A stretch of 64,000 nt of DNA from a bacterium (GTDB lineage: Bacteria; Patescibacteriota; Minisyncoccia; JAUYLV01): assembly GCA_030649025.1 (NCBI GenBank), contig JAUSGO010000016.1, positions 4,851 to 68,850 on the forward strand. The letters are read 5' to 3'. This document shows, in pieces, positions 1 to 11,000 of this stretch. The notes beneath the pieces were generated by a model. That model saw only the letters and a program-made list of their open reading frames with translations. It had not been told where the DNA came from and searched no databases. The position numbers and the translations under genes are program-made. Numbering within the stretch: the first letter of the stretch is position 1; the number at the start of each line of letters is the position of its first letter.

Positions 1-189
1 TCATATACTCCATTGCAGGTTAAGCAGGCTGTTACCTCGTATGGGAGAGCAGAGAAAGGGCAAGTGCTGAAGATGATCATGCGCATACTTAAACTTACTT
101 CCCCGCCAGAACCAGACGACGCCGCCGATGCACTTGCCATAGCCCTGTGTCACGCAGCAATTCCCGAAGTCTATAAGAGATACAAGTAA
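1..189 (+). CDS. ruvC: Holliday junction resolvase RuvC, C-terminal part (truncated by window edge)
   Basis: Frame 1 reads [22 protein letters not shown]...[17 protein letters not shown]...YK*, the RuvC C-terminal motifs; not in the ORF track. Confidence 0.9.
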   Translation, partial: SYTPLQVKQAVTSYGRAEKGQVLKMIMRILKLTSPPEPDDAADALAIALCHAAIPEVYKRYK

Positions 190-217
190 AGAGGCGTCCG
201 GTAGCTGCACGGAACAC

Positions 218-253
218 AAAAAAACTTTCCGATGCACATCGGAAAGTTTTTTT
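218..253. terminator. Bidirectional intrinsic terminator
   Basis: A-run + ACTTTCCGATG-ca-CATCGGAAAGT + T-run between convergent ruvC and the acidic ORF. Confidence 0.8.
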
Positions 254-263
254 CTGATCCCTG

Positions 264-500
264 CTATTCCTCCGTCAGCTCTTCGTCATCATCCTCTTCT
301 TCCTCCGCGTCTGGAGATTCTTCTTCCAATTCCTCATCATCCGTGTCGTCTGCCGCATCATCATCGGCAGGCGCCGTTATTCCCGCATCATCGCTTCCCG
401 CATCATCGGGATACGCAAAGAGGTGGAATGCGTTTGCAAGAGCGAGTGCAAACATATGTGTAAGATTTAATGATAATCCTGCTGCGCGTGCAATGAGCAT
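264..500 (-). CDS. Small, extremely acidic hypothetical protein
   Basis: 78-aa ORF with D/E-rich C-terminal half; upstream TTGACA-N16-TACAAT (555-528, minus strand) and downstream terminator; start uncertain (500 or 455). Confidence 0.55.
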   Translation of the reverse strand: MLIARAAGLSLNLTHMFALALANAFHLFAYPDDAGSDDAGITAPADDDAADDTDDEELEEESPDAEEEEDDDEELTEE

Positions 501-585
501 GGGCCCAAAACAACGCTAGTACGCTCAATTGTATGCATGCAAACAACGCTGTCAAGTGGTGTCGGTGTGGAAAAATTCGTTAAGA

Positions 586-1803
586 CTATTTTGGCTTACG
601 TAAGCGGAAAAATTGTCTTTTGCCCACGCGCAACACTGCTCCGTCCTTGATATCTCCGGCCTGTATGCTTTTCCGCCAGTCTTTGTGCGTTATTCCGTCC
701 AGCTCCACGCCCCCCTGTTCCATGAGGCGCTTCGCTTCATTTTTTGAGGGAACGATATTCTCGCGCACAAGAAACTCCACCAAAACAAAACCAGGACCCG
801 TAAGAAGGATCTCCTTAATATTCTGCGGAGTCTCTTTTTTTTGAAAAACGCGCACAAATTCTTTTTCCGCGCCCTCGGCAGCCGAGAAGCCGTGATAAAG
901 CGTTACAACCTCCCGAGCAAGACGCATTTTTGCATCTTTGGGGGATAGACTTCCTCCGCGAAGCGCATCAATGATCTCTTGGATCTCGCTGTGCGGCAGA
1001 TGCGGACACGTAAGGTTGAAATACTCGTCTGTCACCGCATCATCTATAGCCATGAGCTTACCGTACATATCGTTCGGGGTATCCGTAATATTTATGATGT
1101 TACTCCACGAAGTGGACATTTTGCGCCCATCCGTGCCAACAAGCATCGGAGTGGTCAGCACATCCTGCGGTTCCTGACCGTAATACTTTTGTATTTCCCG
1201 CCCGGCATGGAGATTGAAAAGCTGATCCGCTCCGCCAACTTCTACATCCGCTTTTACGGCTACCGAGTCGTATCCCTGCATTAAGGGATAGAACAATTCC
1301 CGTATACTGATGTCCTCATTTTTTTGCAGGCGTTCTTTAAAATTATGTCGGGCAAGCATTTGTTGAACAGAAAAAATTTCCGCAAGCTTTGCGATTTCCT
1401 GAAGTTTAAGCTTGCCAAGCCATGTACTGTTGTAGCGAACCTCGGTCTTTTTCTTATCCAGTATCTTCCAGATCTGCGGCAAGTATCCTTTTAAATTTTC
1501 TACCACTTGTTTTTTGGTGAGGAACGGGCGCTTTGACAGTTTATCCGATGGGTCTCCTACTTGTGCCGTAAAATCGCCAATGATGAGGACAATCGTGTGG
1601 CCGAGGTCCTGAAATGACCGCAATTTCCAAAGAGAGATTGCCCTGCCGATGTGAATGCGCGGCCCCGTCGGGTCAATGCCGTGTTTGACGCGGAGTTTCT
1701 TTCCGGAGCGTAGTTTTTCCTCAAGATGTTCTTTTACTTCAACGCTGTGTACCTGCCCGATGAGCCTTAAGATGCTCTCATCCCGCGAGTACTTGACCGG
1801 CAT
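586..1803 (-). CDS. tyrS: Tyrosine--tRNA ligase
   Basis: GIDPTGPRIHIGR (HIGH-like), YPLMQGYD, GGADQ, KMSTS and C-terminal S4 domain; start chosen at MPVKY (1803), ORF track extends to 1875. Confidence 0.95.
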   Translation of the reverse strand: MPVKYSRDESILRLIGQVHSVEVKEHLEEKLRSGKKLRVKHGIDPTGPRIHIGRAISLWKLRSFQDLGHTIVLIIGDFTAQVGDPSDKLSKRPFLTKKQVVENLKGYLPQIWKILDKKKTEVRYNSTWLGKLKLQEIAKLAEIFSVQQMLARHNFKERLQKNEDISIRELFYPLMQGYDSVAVKADVEVGGADQLFNLHAGREIQKYYGQEPQDVLTTPMLVGTDGRKMSTSWSNIINITDTPNDMYGKLMAIDDAVTDEYFNLTCPHLPHSEIQEIIDALRGGSLSPKDAKMRLAREVVTLYHGFSAAEGAEKEFVRVFQKKETPQNIKEILLTGPGFVLVEFLVRENIVPSKNEAKRLMEQGGVELDGITHKDWRKSIQAGDIKDGAVLRVGKRQFFRLRKPK

Positions 1804-2010
1804 GCCGACGCCATCCTTTCTTTTTAATCGAGTCTGGGATCGCATACGATGAGCTATGATATGAGTAGAAGCCATAAATATTTAACAAGATCTCTCCGGT
1901 AAGAGTTTTTTAATTTTAGAAAAATGTTGATCCGTGATCACCCGTAAAATTCAATTCCACAAATTTGCACCCACCGGAAGATTTTGCCATTATCGATATT
2001 ATTCTTAGTG

Positions 2011-2145
2011 TGCGCCTTGTAGGGATTGAACCTACGGCCTCTTCCGTGTCGAGAAAGCGCTCTTCCTGGACAAGTCCTATTTTTCAGAAACATGGTGCTT
2101 GCCCGCGAATCGTGAAGACTTTCACGATTCGCCCACTTCGCTAAA
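2011..2145 (-). pseudogene. Degenerate tRNA-Val(GAC) copy with a structured insertion at the D-loop
   Basis: 2011-2063 reads AGAGCGC-anticodon arm (TC-GAC-AC loop)-GTAGGTTCAATCCCTAC-AAGGCGCA on minus; 5' acceptor strand decayed; hairpin insert at 2068-2132. Confidence 0.65.
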
Positions 2146-2148
2146 ACA

Positions 2149-2225
2149 TGGTGGGCGGCACAGGGGTCGAACCTGTTGCCTCGTCGATGTCAACGACGCG
2201 CTCTAACCAGTTGAGCTAGCCGCCC
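2149..2225 (-). tRNA. tRNA-Val (GAC)
   Basis: GGGCGGCTAGCTCAACTGGTTAGAGCGCGTCGTT-GAC-ATCGACGAGGCAACAGGTTCGACCCCTGTGCCGCCCACCA; complete cloverleaf with encoded CCA. Confidence 0.95.
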
Positions 2226-2246
2226 TAAAAAATTTTAACAGAGAAA

Positions 2247-2418
2247 GCCAACGAAGCGCTCTGGTCTTGGGCAAGTTTCATTTTCCGGAAACATTGTACT
2301 TTCCCGAGAACCAATCATGTTTCGGAAACATTGAAGTTGCCCGCCAGATTCTCCACCGGAGAATCTGGCCCCGTGAAATGTTCTGCCAGAGCATTTCACC
2401 CACCTAAGATAGTCGCTC
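2247..2418 (-). pseudogene. Decayed 5' half of a tRNA-Val duplicate, interrupted by compound hairpin elements
   Basis: Flanks gccaacgaagcgctct and cacctaagatagtcgctc resemble tRNA-Val gtcaacgacgcgctct and ccagttgagctagccgccc; hairpins at 2269-2399 lie between them. Confidence 0.5.
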
Positions 2419-2463
2419 GAGAATTTTAAATAGTATAGACCGGAAAATTTTAAGTTTCAAGCT

Positions 2464-3918
2464 TCAGACTTTAGCGTTACCCTCATACGCATCAGCAACG
2501 CGCAATATGGTAGATTCGTCGAAGTGTTTGCCCATGATCTGCAGGCCCACGGGAAGTTTCTTACCATCTCTTTCAACGTAGCCGCAATTAAGAGAAATGG
2601 CGGGAATGCCGGAGATGTTCGCAGATACGGTATAGACATCGGCAAGATACATGGAGACGGGATCGCTCTTTTCTCCGATTTTAAATGCGGGCGTCGGCGA
2701 AGTGGGGGAAACGATGACGTCATATTCTTCAAAAGCCTTTTTAAAATCTTCAACGATAAGCGTACGAACCTGCTGGGCTTTTTTGTAATACGCATCATAA
2801 TATCCTGCGGATAGAGCGTAGGTGCCAAGCATTACCCGCCGCCGTACCTCATTCCCGAATCCTCTTCCGCGTGATGCGGTGTAGACTTCGAAGAGATTTT
2901 TTGCGTCAGTCTTGATATCAGTTGAAGCGGAATAGCCATAGCGGATACCGTCAAATCTCGCCAGGTTGCTTGATACTTCGCAGGGCATAATGACGTAATA
3001 CACTGCAAGCGCCCAGTGTGTGTGCGGCAGGGACACTCCACCGATACGCGCACCAAGCTTTTCTAAGGTAAAAATTGCCTGCCGCACGGCTTTCTCAACA
3101 TCCGCATCAATGCCTTCGGCAAAGTATTCGTTGGGAATCCCTACCCGCAGACCCTTGATATCTCCCGTAAGGTCTCTGGTGTAGTGCGGCACCCGGTCGC
3201 GCGCCGTCGTTGCATCAAGCGCATCGTGGCCGGCAATAACCTCAAGAAGCGCCGCCGCATCCCAGACAGTTTTGGCTAAAGGGCCTATCTGATCAAGCGA
3301 TGAAGCCATGGCGATAAGACCGTGGCGGGATACGCGCCCGTAGGTAGGCTTTAACCCTACAACACCGCAAAATCCCGCAGGCTGCCGTACCGATCCTCCC
3401 GTTTCGGATCCTAGCGCCGCAATGGCCATGTCGGCGGCAACCGCTACGGCCGAGCCGCCGCTGGATCCTCCGGGAACCCTTGAAGTATCATGAGGATTTT
3501 TGGTTGGTCCGAACGCAGAGTTTTCCGTCGAAGCTCCCATGGCAAATTCATCCATATTTGTCTTCCCCAAAAATACCGCCCCTGCGTCGCGCAATCTTCC
3601 TATGGCCGTAGCATCGTATGCTGCAATATAATTTTCTAAAATGCGCGATGCGGCCGTGGTCTTTAGTTCCTTGATAAGTATGTTGTCTTTTACGGCGATG
3701 GGGATTCCGGTAAGAATTCCTCCCTCTTTTTTTTCTAAAACCTCATCGGCTTCACCAGCCATGCGAAGCGCTTCTTTCTTGGTGATTTCAAGATACGCAT
3801 TAAGCTCTGGATTTTTTTCTTGCGCGCGCGAAAGATGGTCCGCCGCAAGTTCTCTGGCGGAAATTTCCTTTTTGTGCAGCAGTTCTGATGCTGTTTTGAT
3901 GGTGAGATGTTCGAGCAT
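2464..3918 (-). CDS. gatA: Asp-tRNA(Asn)/Glu-tRNA(Gln) amidotransferase subunit A
   Basis: Amidase signature [38 protein letters not shown]. Confidence 0.97.
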   Translation of the reverse strand: MLEHLTIKTASELLHKKEISARELAADHLSRAQEKNPELNAYLEITKKEALRMAGEADEVLEKKEGGILTGIPIAVKDNILIKELKTTAASRILENYIAAYDATAIGRLRDAGAVFLGKTNMDEFAMGASTENSAFGPTKNPHDTSRVPGGSSGGSAVAVAADMAIAALGSETGGSVRQPAGFCGVVGLKPTYGRVSRHGLIAMASSLDQIGPLAKTVWDAAALLEVIAGHDALDATTARDRVPHYTRDLTGDIKGLRVGIPNEYFAEGIDADVEKAVRQAIFTLEKLGARIGGVSLPHTHWALAVYYVIMPCEVSSNLARFDGIRYGYSASTDIKTDAKNLFEVYTASRGRGFGNEVRRRVMLGTYALSAGYYDAYYKKAQQVRTLIVEDFKKAFEEYDVIVSPTSPTPAFKIGEKSDPVSMYLADVYTVSANISGIPAISLNCGYVERDGKKLPVGLQIMGKHFDESTILRVADAYEGNAKV

Positions 3919-4000
3919 ACCCCGATACCAATATACGAATTGATGCGAATGAAACGAATATTCGTATCATTCGAATGCATTCGTTGATTTGTGTCGCGTT

Positions 4001-4297
4001 TTATTCAAATACCGCCTTTACTTTGATATGGCCTTCTTCGCGCTGCGGCGCCTGACCTAGCAAATCTTCTGCGCTGGATTGCTCCGGCCGTTCCTCGGAC
4101 AAGGTGTCCTTCCGGAGGGCATTCACGATTCCCGTAACCTGCTTAGTCGGCTCAACCCCTTCCGTTTGTACCTCTCGCAGCTTTCCGACAAAATCCAAAA
4201 TAGTCCCAAATTCATTTTGGAGCTTCTCGAGCTCCGCATCATCAAGCCGGATGCGGGCAAGCTCAGCGATTTTTCTTACATCGTCCGTCGTAAGCAT
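4001..4297 (-). CDS. gatC: Amidotransferase subunit C
   Basis: VRKIAELARI...ILDFVGKL...LRKD...IKVKAVFE; directly upstream of gatA. Confidence 0.93.
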   Translation of the reverse strand: MLTTDDVRKIAELARIRLDDAELEKLQNEFGTILDFVGKLREVQTEGVEPTKQVTGIVNALRKDTLSEERPEQSSAEDLLGQAPQREEGHIKVKAVFE

Positions 4298-4368
4298 AGC
4301 TTCTCCAGCATATCAATTAAAAAACTCCCGCGCAAGGCGGGAATTACGTCATCGTTAAAGCAAAAAAT

Positions 4369-6441
4369 CTATTTGTTAAGTAATTTTAAAAATTCCTGCT
4401 CGGTAAGTATCGATACGCCGAGCGTTCTTGCTTTCTCGTACTTCGAGCCGGGATCCGCTCCCGAGACGATGTAGCTAGTTGATTTTGAAACCGACTCCGA
4501 AATATTACCGCCCGCTTGGCGGATTTTTTCTTTTGCCTCATCCCGCGTCATCGTTCCCAGACTCCCCGTAAGCACAAAAGTCTTGCCGGAAAGTTTTCCT
4601 CCGGCCCGATGCGTTACGGAATTTTCAATGACCACTCCCGCTTTTTTAAGTTCACGGATCACGCTGCGGTTTCGCGTGTTTTTAAACCACGCCACGATGC
4701 TCCGGGCCATCACTTCTCCCACTTCGTGCAACTCCAGAAGTTTTTCGTATGACGCGTCCTGGAGCGCCTCAATGCTGCCAAAGGCGTTGGCAAGTTCAAT
4801 TGACGTCTCTTCTCCCACGTGCCGGATGCCAAGTGCATACAAAAATCGGTGCAGCGGAATACGTTTTTTTACTTCAATGGCTGCGATGAGTTTTTTTGCC
4901 GACGTTTCGGCAAAACGTTCGAGCGGCAACAAATCACCAATGGTCAGCGTGAAAATATCCTGCCTGTCGGCAACAAGATTCTGTTCCAGAAGCTGGTCAA
5001 TGATCTTTGGCCCCATGCCGACAATGTCGAAGGCCGCGCGCGAGACGAAATGATACAACTTCTCACGCTCCTGCGCGGCACAGCGCGGATTGGAGCATCG
5101 GTGAATAGCCTCGTCGTGACCCCTTACCACGCGCGAGAGACAGACCGGACAGACTTTTGGCATGTGAAAAAGCCTTTCTTTTCCCGTACGCATGCGCGTC
5201 AGCACCACCTTCACGTCGGGGATAACGTCTCCGGCTCTCCCCACGATAACCGTATCCCCGATGCGCACATCAAGCCTTTGTATCTCGTCCTCATTGTGTA
5301 GTGTGGCACGCGAGACCGTAACTCCGCCAACGTCCACGGGCCTTAAGTGCGCTACGGGAGTAAGTGCACCCGTACGGCCGACCTGCACCACAATATCCTC
5401 CACCACGGTGGTAGCCTCGCGTGAGACAAATTTATATGCGATGCCGCCTCTAGGGGTTTTCCCAACCACACCAAGGCGCAAGAGCACTTCATTGCGGTTC
5501 ACCAAGACCACGATACCGTCTATTTCATAATCGAGTTTTTCGCGGATCTTTTTTACATGTCCGTGGAATTGCTCTATCTCTTTCAAGAAACCGAGACGTT
5601 TATTGTGGGGTCCCGTTTTAAATCCAAGAGCCTTCAGGATAAAATGTTCCTCTTCATGTGTTTTCTGCCCCATGTTGGTTATGAGCGCGTACGCAAAAGA
5701 GTCAAGATGACGCGAAGCCGTAATCCTGGGATCAAGCTGCCTCACGGAGCCGGCAGCGACGTTTCTGGGGTTGGCATATGGCTCTTCCCCCCTCTCCTTA
5801 CGTTCCCGGTTGAGTGCGGAAAAAGCCTTTTTGGGCATAAACACTTCTCCTCGCACTTCCAGAGTTTCCGGCCAATGCTTTTCCAGGAACCGGGAAATGT
5901 GAAAAAGCTTCATGCGCCGCAATTCGGAAATGACATCTTGTTTTTCGCCAAGCTTCAGAGGGATAGCTTCAACCGTTTTCAGATTTTGAGTAACATTTTC
6001 TCCGATCTTCCCGTCTCCACGCGTGGATCCCTCAACAAAAAAACCGTTCTTATAGACCAGTGAGATTGCCAGCCCATCAATTTTAAGTTCTACATAATAA
6101 TCTCCAAGAAGCGGGCGCGTGATAGGAGAAAGAAGTTTTGCATTCCGTTCTTCCCACTCTTTCATCTCCTCTGGGGAAAACGCATCGGTAAGCGAGAGCA
6201 TGGGGACCCCGTGTCTGATTTTTTCGAACTTTCCAAGCGCCCTGCCGCCGACGCGCTGGGTCGGCGAATTCGGCGTGATGAGTTCCGGAAACTGCGCCTC
6301 GAGCATCTCCAGTTCATGCTTGAGCGAATCCAGGGCTGCGTCGGAGATCTCTTGCCTATCTAGGGCATGGTAAAGGTATCGGTGGTGATCGATCTCCACC
6401 CGCAGTTTTTCTATGCGTTTTTTAGCATCGGCCTTAGTCAT
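4369..6441 (-). CDS. ligA: NAD-dependent DNA ligase
   Basis: KIDG adenylation motif, EVRGEV, NPRNVAAGS, Zn finger, C-terminal BRCT domain (GSKYEKA). Confidence 0.97.
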   Translation of the reverse strand: MTKADAKKRIEKLRVEIDHHRYLYHALDRQEISDAALDSLKHELEMLEAQFPELITPNSPTQRVGGRALGKFEKIRHGVPMLSLTDAFSPEEMKEWEERNAKLLSPITRPLLGDYYVELKIDGLAISLVYKNGFFVEGSTRGDGKIGENVTQNLKTVEAIPLKLGEKQDVISELRRMKLFHISRFLEKHWPETLEVRGEVFMPKKAFSALNRERKERGEEPYANPRNVAAGSVRQLDPRITASRHLDSFAYALITNMGQKTHEEEHFILKALGFKTGPHNKRLGFLKEIEQFHGHVKKIREKLDYEIDGIVVLVNRNEVLLRLGVVGKTPRGGIAYKFVSREATTVVEDIVVQVGRTGALTPVAHLRPVDVGGVTVSRATLHNEDEIQRLDVRIGDTVIVGRAGDVIPDVKVVLTRMRTGKERLFHMPKVCPVCLSRVVRGHDEAIHRCSNPRCAAQEREKLYHFVSRAAFDIVGMGPKIIDQLLEQNLVADRQDIFTLTIGDLLPLERFAETSAKKLIAAIEVKKRIPLHRFLYALGIRHVGEETSIELANAFGSIEALQDASYEKLLELHEVGEVMARSIVAWFKNTRNRSVIRELKKAGVVIENSVTHRAGGKLSGKTFVLTGSLGTMTRDEAKEKIRQAGGNISESVSKSTSYIVSGADPGSKYEKARTLGVSILTEQEFLKLLNK

Positions 6442-6544
6442 GGAACAGATAACAACGCTACGCTAAACAGGTAACAAATAGAAACACCTATGCTAAGCAA
6501 ATCACAAGACCTGTTATTTGTTTTTTGCTGCCTGCTTGTTGTTC

Positions 6545-7210
6545 TTACGGCACATCGATGTACCTCTGAGAAATTGTTGTCTGAACCCGAACATCCTGCC
6601 GCTCTTTAAAATCTTTTTGGGTAATCGATTGCACATGAAGTACGATAGTGGCGCGCGGCTGACAAAGATCGAATGCCGTGCCGGGACAGGCGCTTCCCAA
6701 AGGAGGCTGTCCTACGCCGCGAATGAGAAAACCGGAGTCATCCGTCAAAAGCGCGACTTCCTGGCCGTTCAGGATCTGGACGTTTGGATTAGTATCATCA
6801 CACGGGTCCTGGGTAAAATCTATATCATTGACCAGCCGGTGCAAATTTGCAAAAGGAAACGGTATCGCTACGGGATATTCTTTAATACAATAGCTTATCG
6901 GCTTGTTATCGGAACTTCGAATGATATCCAGCTCCTTGCTGTACGTATCCGCGGGAGAATTATTGCCGTTATCGGTGCAAAAACGAACCCCGCCGGTATT
7001 CCCGCAAATGGTGGAGGCACGGATCTCGCGCGATAACGTATCCATGATAATGCGCGCATTGCTTGAGGCCTGCTCAAACGCAATGACTTTTCTCTGGCTG
7101 ACGATTGAATCAAGGAAAACAACCGAAATCAGCGTGAGCACGACGATCATGAGCGTCGCCCCAACCAACGTTTCGATCATGGTAAAACCCTTTTGACTGA
7201 TCAATTTCAT
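6545..7210 (-). CDS. Type IV pilin-like protein (minor pilin, PilW-like)
   Basis: Prepilin motif KG^FTMIETLV followed by a hydrophobic helix; C-terminal QTTISQR. Confidence 0.8.
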   Translation of the reverse strand: MKLISQKGFTMIETLVGATLMIVVLTLISVVFLDSIVSQRKVIAFEQASSNARIIMDTLSREIRASTICGNTGGVRFCTDNGNNSPADTYSKELDIIRSSDNKPISYCIKEYPVAIPFPFANLHRLVNDIDFTQDPCDDTNPNVQILNGQEVALLTDDSGFLIRGVGQPPLGSACPGTAFDLCQPRATIVLHVQSITQKDFKERQDVRVQTTISQRYIDVP

Positions 7211-7300
7211 TCAAATTATCCAATGACGAATTACGGATTACGGATTAATTTAATTCGTAATTCGCAATCCGTAACTTAAAATTTACAATCTGCTCCAGTA

Positions 7301-7969
7301 TTAGAGGAAGCTCCCCAAATAATCCACCCATTTTGTGAGACGGCTCTCCAAAAGAATGCAGTTGGCATCCGGACATATTACGGGTTCCGTGTCCGAGTTC
7401 CAGAATACTTTTATTTTCACATATATCTCCGCGCATTCGGTCGAGCAGCCGACGGGATATTTTTCTATTCTTACTGCACGCCGGAAACCGGAATCACTCC
7501 ATCCTGCGGTGCTGCAGGCGCCAGTGACGCAAAGATTCGCATAAAAACCCGTTGCGTCTTGAACGTAGACCTGCTGCCATTCTTTCGCCGCAGAGCAACA
7601 GGCCACGATCCAGCCGCTTGAAATATCATCATTGTCTACAAGCCGGATGCGCGTCTGAAATCCCACCGGACCCGTTGCGGGAATATCGTCATTCCATTGG
7701 GGATTTGTCGGCGGAATGCCGGTTTGCTTGATCGCATCGGATATTTGCAGCAGGGTGTTGTCTCGGATATTACGCACAACCTCAATTCCCTCCTGGGCAA
7801 GGTTCGCAGCGATGATCTCCTGCCGAACGGCGGGAGAGATATGAATAGTCTTTGAGATAACGATAAAAGCGCCGGTTGCACCGACAGTAAGCACAAAAAG
7901 CGCGATAATGGTTTCGATGAGGGAAAAACCATTTTTCGCATGTGGGTAGCGAATCTTTGTGTTGTTCAT
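7301..7969 (-). CDS. Type IV pilin-like protein (PilV-like)
   Basis: NG^FSLIETII; AANLAQEGIEVVRNIRD typical of PilV-like minor pilins. Confidence 0.8.
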   Translation of the reverse strand: MNNTKIRYPHAKNGFSLIETIIALFVLTVGATGAFIVISKTIHISPAVRQEIIAANLAQEGIEVVRNIRDNTLLQISDAIKQTGIPPTNPQWNDDIPATGPVGFQTRIRLVDNDDISSGWIVACCSAAKEWQQVYVQDATGFYANLCVTGACSTAGWSDSGFRRAVRIEKYPVGCSTECAEIYVKIKVFWNSDTEPVICPDANCILLESRLTKWVDYLGSFL

Positions 7970-8004
7970 GAAATTCAGAAGAGCATCCGTCTTTTGAGAA
8001 GCCC

Positions 8005-11000
8005 TTAGGGAGCCGCAATGCAGGCGGATGAGCCATACGACGAGTCAACTTCGGGAGTTGTCGCTCGCAGACGGTAGCAGGCAAACGTGCCGCCGGGAGT
8101 ATTCCCTATATTATCCGAGTATGATGTCTGGTTCGTGATATTGATCAGTTCGGTAAAGTTTGAACAGCTTGGTCCGATGACCGTGCATCGCTCGATCTTG
8201 TATCCGGTATTATTTACCGAATTATCCGTCCAGAAAAGGTTTATCTTTTTCCCGGGACCCGTGGTGAACGAGAGGCCGCTGGGCGCAAGAAGCCAGGTTC
8301 GGAGAGAGAACGTACTTGAGTACGATGAATACGCGCCTGTGGTGGCCGCACGCATGCGATAGCAATATTTAGCTTCTTGGCTAAGACCGCTATCGGTGAT
8401 ACTGCGTGCGCCGGTAGTAGCCGTACCGGCAATGGTCGCAACGACCGCAAAACTCACCGCAGAACAGTTCGCATCTCCGCGCTCAAGATACGTATTCATC
8501 TCTCCCAGAGAATTATCTTGCCAGTTTATCTGCGCGGCGGTGAATCCGGTCGAGGTTGTTGTTGCCAGAATCGACGGCGTATTGGGCGGCGTGAAGACGT
8601 TTCCCGACGCATTGGAGCATGTGGAAACGCCGATGGCATCCACTGCTTTGATGCAATACTGATATGCATTGCCTTCCGTTACCGATGTATCGGCATAAGT
8701 AAATGTGCTGCCGCCGATGTCCGCGCCGACTTGCGCACCGCTTGATGCGGGGTTACACGCTGCGCCGCTACAGCGAATGACTCTGAATGCGGTCGGTACG
8801 CCCCAGGTATCGGTGAAATTCGAAAGCCAGAAAAGATCAATGCGAGTACTGGAGACGACCGTAGGAGGCGTATTCAGTGTCGGGGTTTTGGGCACAACGT
8901 CTGGCGTGGTAAATGTCACGCAATTAGAAGGAGCGGAGTCTCCGGTCGCATTTACCGCTTTTACCCAATATGCGTATGCGGTCTTCGGCCTTGTTGCCGG
9001 AGACATTACATCTATATAACTTCCCGGCTGAGGCCCGGGAGTTCCGGTGCCAATAAGCGTCGATACAGCCGGAGCGCCACTACACAAAGCGCCATTGAAC
9101 CGCTCTATTTTGACATTCTGGATAGTGCTTAAAGGAGGGTTGGTCCACTGTAAATTCACCTGTGACGTTGCGCCAGAGCCCGTGCCGGAGCTTGTGGGAG
9201 CCGGAAGCGCCTGAAGATTCGTTGGCGCACCGGCATAGGTCGTTGCGTAAAGCGTATTTGAACACGAAGAAGAATAGGGCCAGGAGGCATTTTGCCCTAT
9301 GATGCAATATCCGTATGTTGTGCCTTCAGAAAGCGTCGTATCTGAAGCCGTAAAATCCGGAGATGTTCCCGTATACGTAAGGGTCGTGTCAACGGGCGTG
9401 CAGGCACTTCCCGTACAGCGCCTTATGATAAAACTTGTGGCAACCTTGAACTTGCCGCTTGTCGGCGAATCAGCGGCGATGTCATGCCAAGAAAGATTAA
9501 TCCGGGTATCCGATACGACAACGGGAATGGCAAGTAGTGGAGGATACGGCGCCTCATCTTCCGTTTTTGAGTTTGCTTCCCTGTAAGCCCAGGCCGAGGG
9601 ACCCGAAGCATTGATTGCGCGCACGCGATAGCAGTAAAGCGTATTTGGCGTCACGCCAAGAGGACTTTGTGAATCCGGTGGACATCCGGGTCCGGGAGGT
9701 GACGGATAACGAGTTGCGTCGCAATCATTGTAATTCGTATCGTCTTGTGGGGTGGTGACAAGGGAAGAGAAAACGGCCGTCACATCGCATGTTCCGGGAG
9801 CAACAAGGGTTGATCGCTGAAGCTCGAATGAGGATTCCGTGGCGATCGAGGGGAAATTCCCTCCCCAGTTAAGAAATACTTTCCTTGAAGATGCGTTAGC
9901 CGAGGTCCAGAGAGGAGCTGGCGGAGATGTAAGAGTGCTTGCGGTATTGCTGTAGCCGGAAGGACCTGTCGCATTTGTCGCACGTACTTTGTAACAATAC
10001 GTGGTCTCGGCGGACAAGCCCGTGTCCGTATAAGTGCCGGTATTTGCTGAAACAATGATCGTCTGAAGCGTTGATGCGCAACCCGGCGCCATGCGCACGA
10101 TCTCAAAATTCGCCTCGTTGACCGCATTGTCGATCCAGGAAATTTTTATTTCTGACACGGAAAGAGGCAGGGCAGAGAGACCGGAGGGGTCTGCCGGGAC
10201 AGAGGGATAACACTGTCCTATTGCCGTGGGGCCCGGACATCCTGGCACGGTACAGCAGATATCACCCAATGCGTCATTCGCACAAAGCCCTCCGATGCCG
10301 CAGGCGATAGTCCCCCCGCAACCGTTCGACCAATACCCGCAAACCGCGCCTCCGGAAACTATATTTGCGCAAAAAAACGGCACGCAGGGCTTGGAAAGCA
10401 CCTGTCCGCTCCTAATCTCAATGCGGCCGGAGCTTGAAACGCGGATTTGGCGAAGTATTGCCGTGTTGTCGGAAAATTCCAGAGGAAAATCGGTATAAGA
10501 AAGGGTTGAGCTTGCGGTCGGATCTGCTACATGGAGCACAAAGGTGGCGGGGTCTGGCGGTTCGAAATACACGTCATCAAGCACCGCCCCCAACACAAAA
10601 CGAACTTTCCCGGCTTCGGGAAGCAGGAAACTTTTCACGGTTGTTGTGGAAACGTAAGATGTCGCCGGGCATGAAGCGGGATTATTTGTGTTGTCAAAAC
10701 ATTCGCGCTGGCCCTTCCATTGTCGGGAATACCTTGAAAGATTGACGCCGCAGGGCACTGACGTTGAGGAAGGAATCTTCGTATACAAAATATAAGAATT
10801 TGGATCTCCCGTCGCGGGATTGGGTGCGTGAATTCCAAAACCGCACGGTGGAAGCCCGCCGAACTGCGTTGGATCGCTTGAAAGCGCTAATGCCTGCGCT
10901 GTGCGGATGTCCTGCGCAAGCTTATTTGCCGCCCGCTCCATGGAGCCAACGGACCCCACGCGTCTGTAGCTTGTTAAAACCGTTGCGCCGATAAGCATCG

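Noticed and set aside
1-237. Minus-strand 78-aa ORF from the track
   Set aside because: Shadow of the ruvC C-terminus on the plus strand.
232-519. Ser-rich plus-strand ORF
   Set aside because: Antisense shadow of the acidic ORF; it starts inside a terminator and the promoter favours the minus strand.
1876-2010. T-box riboswitch upstream of tyrS
   Set aside because: No T-box consensus (GGTGGNACCGCG) or terminator found.
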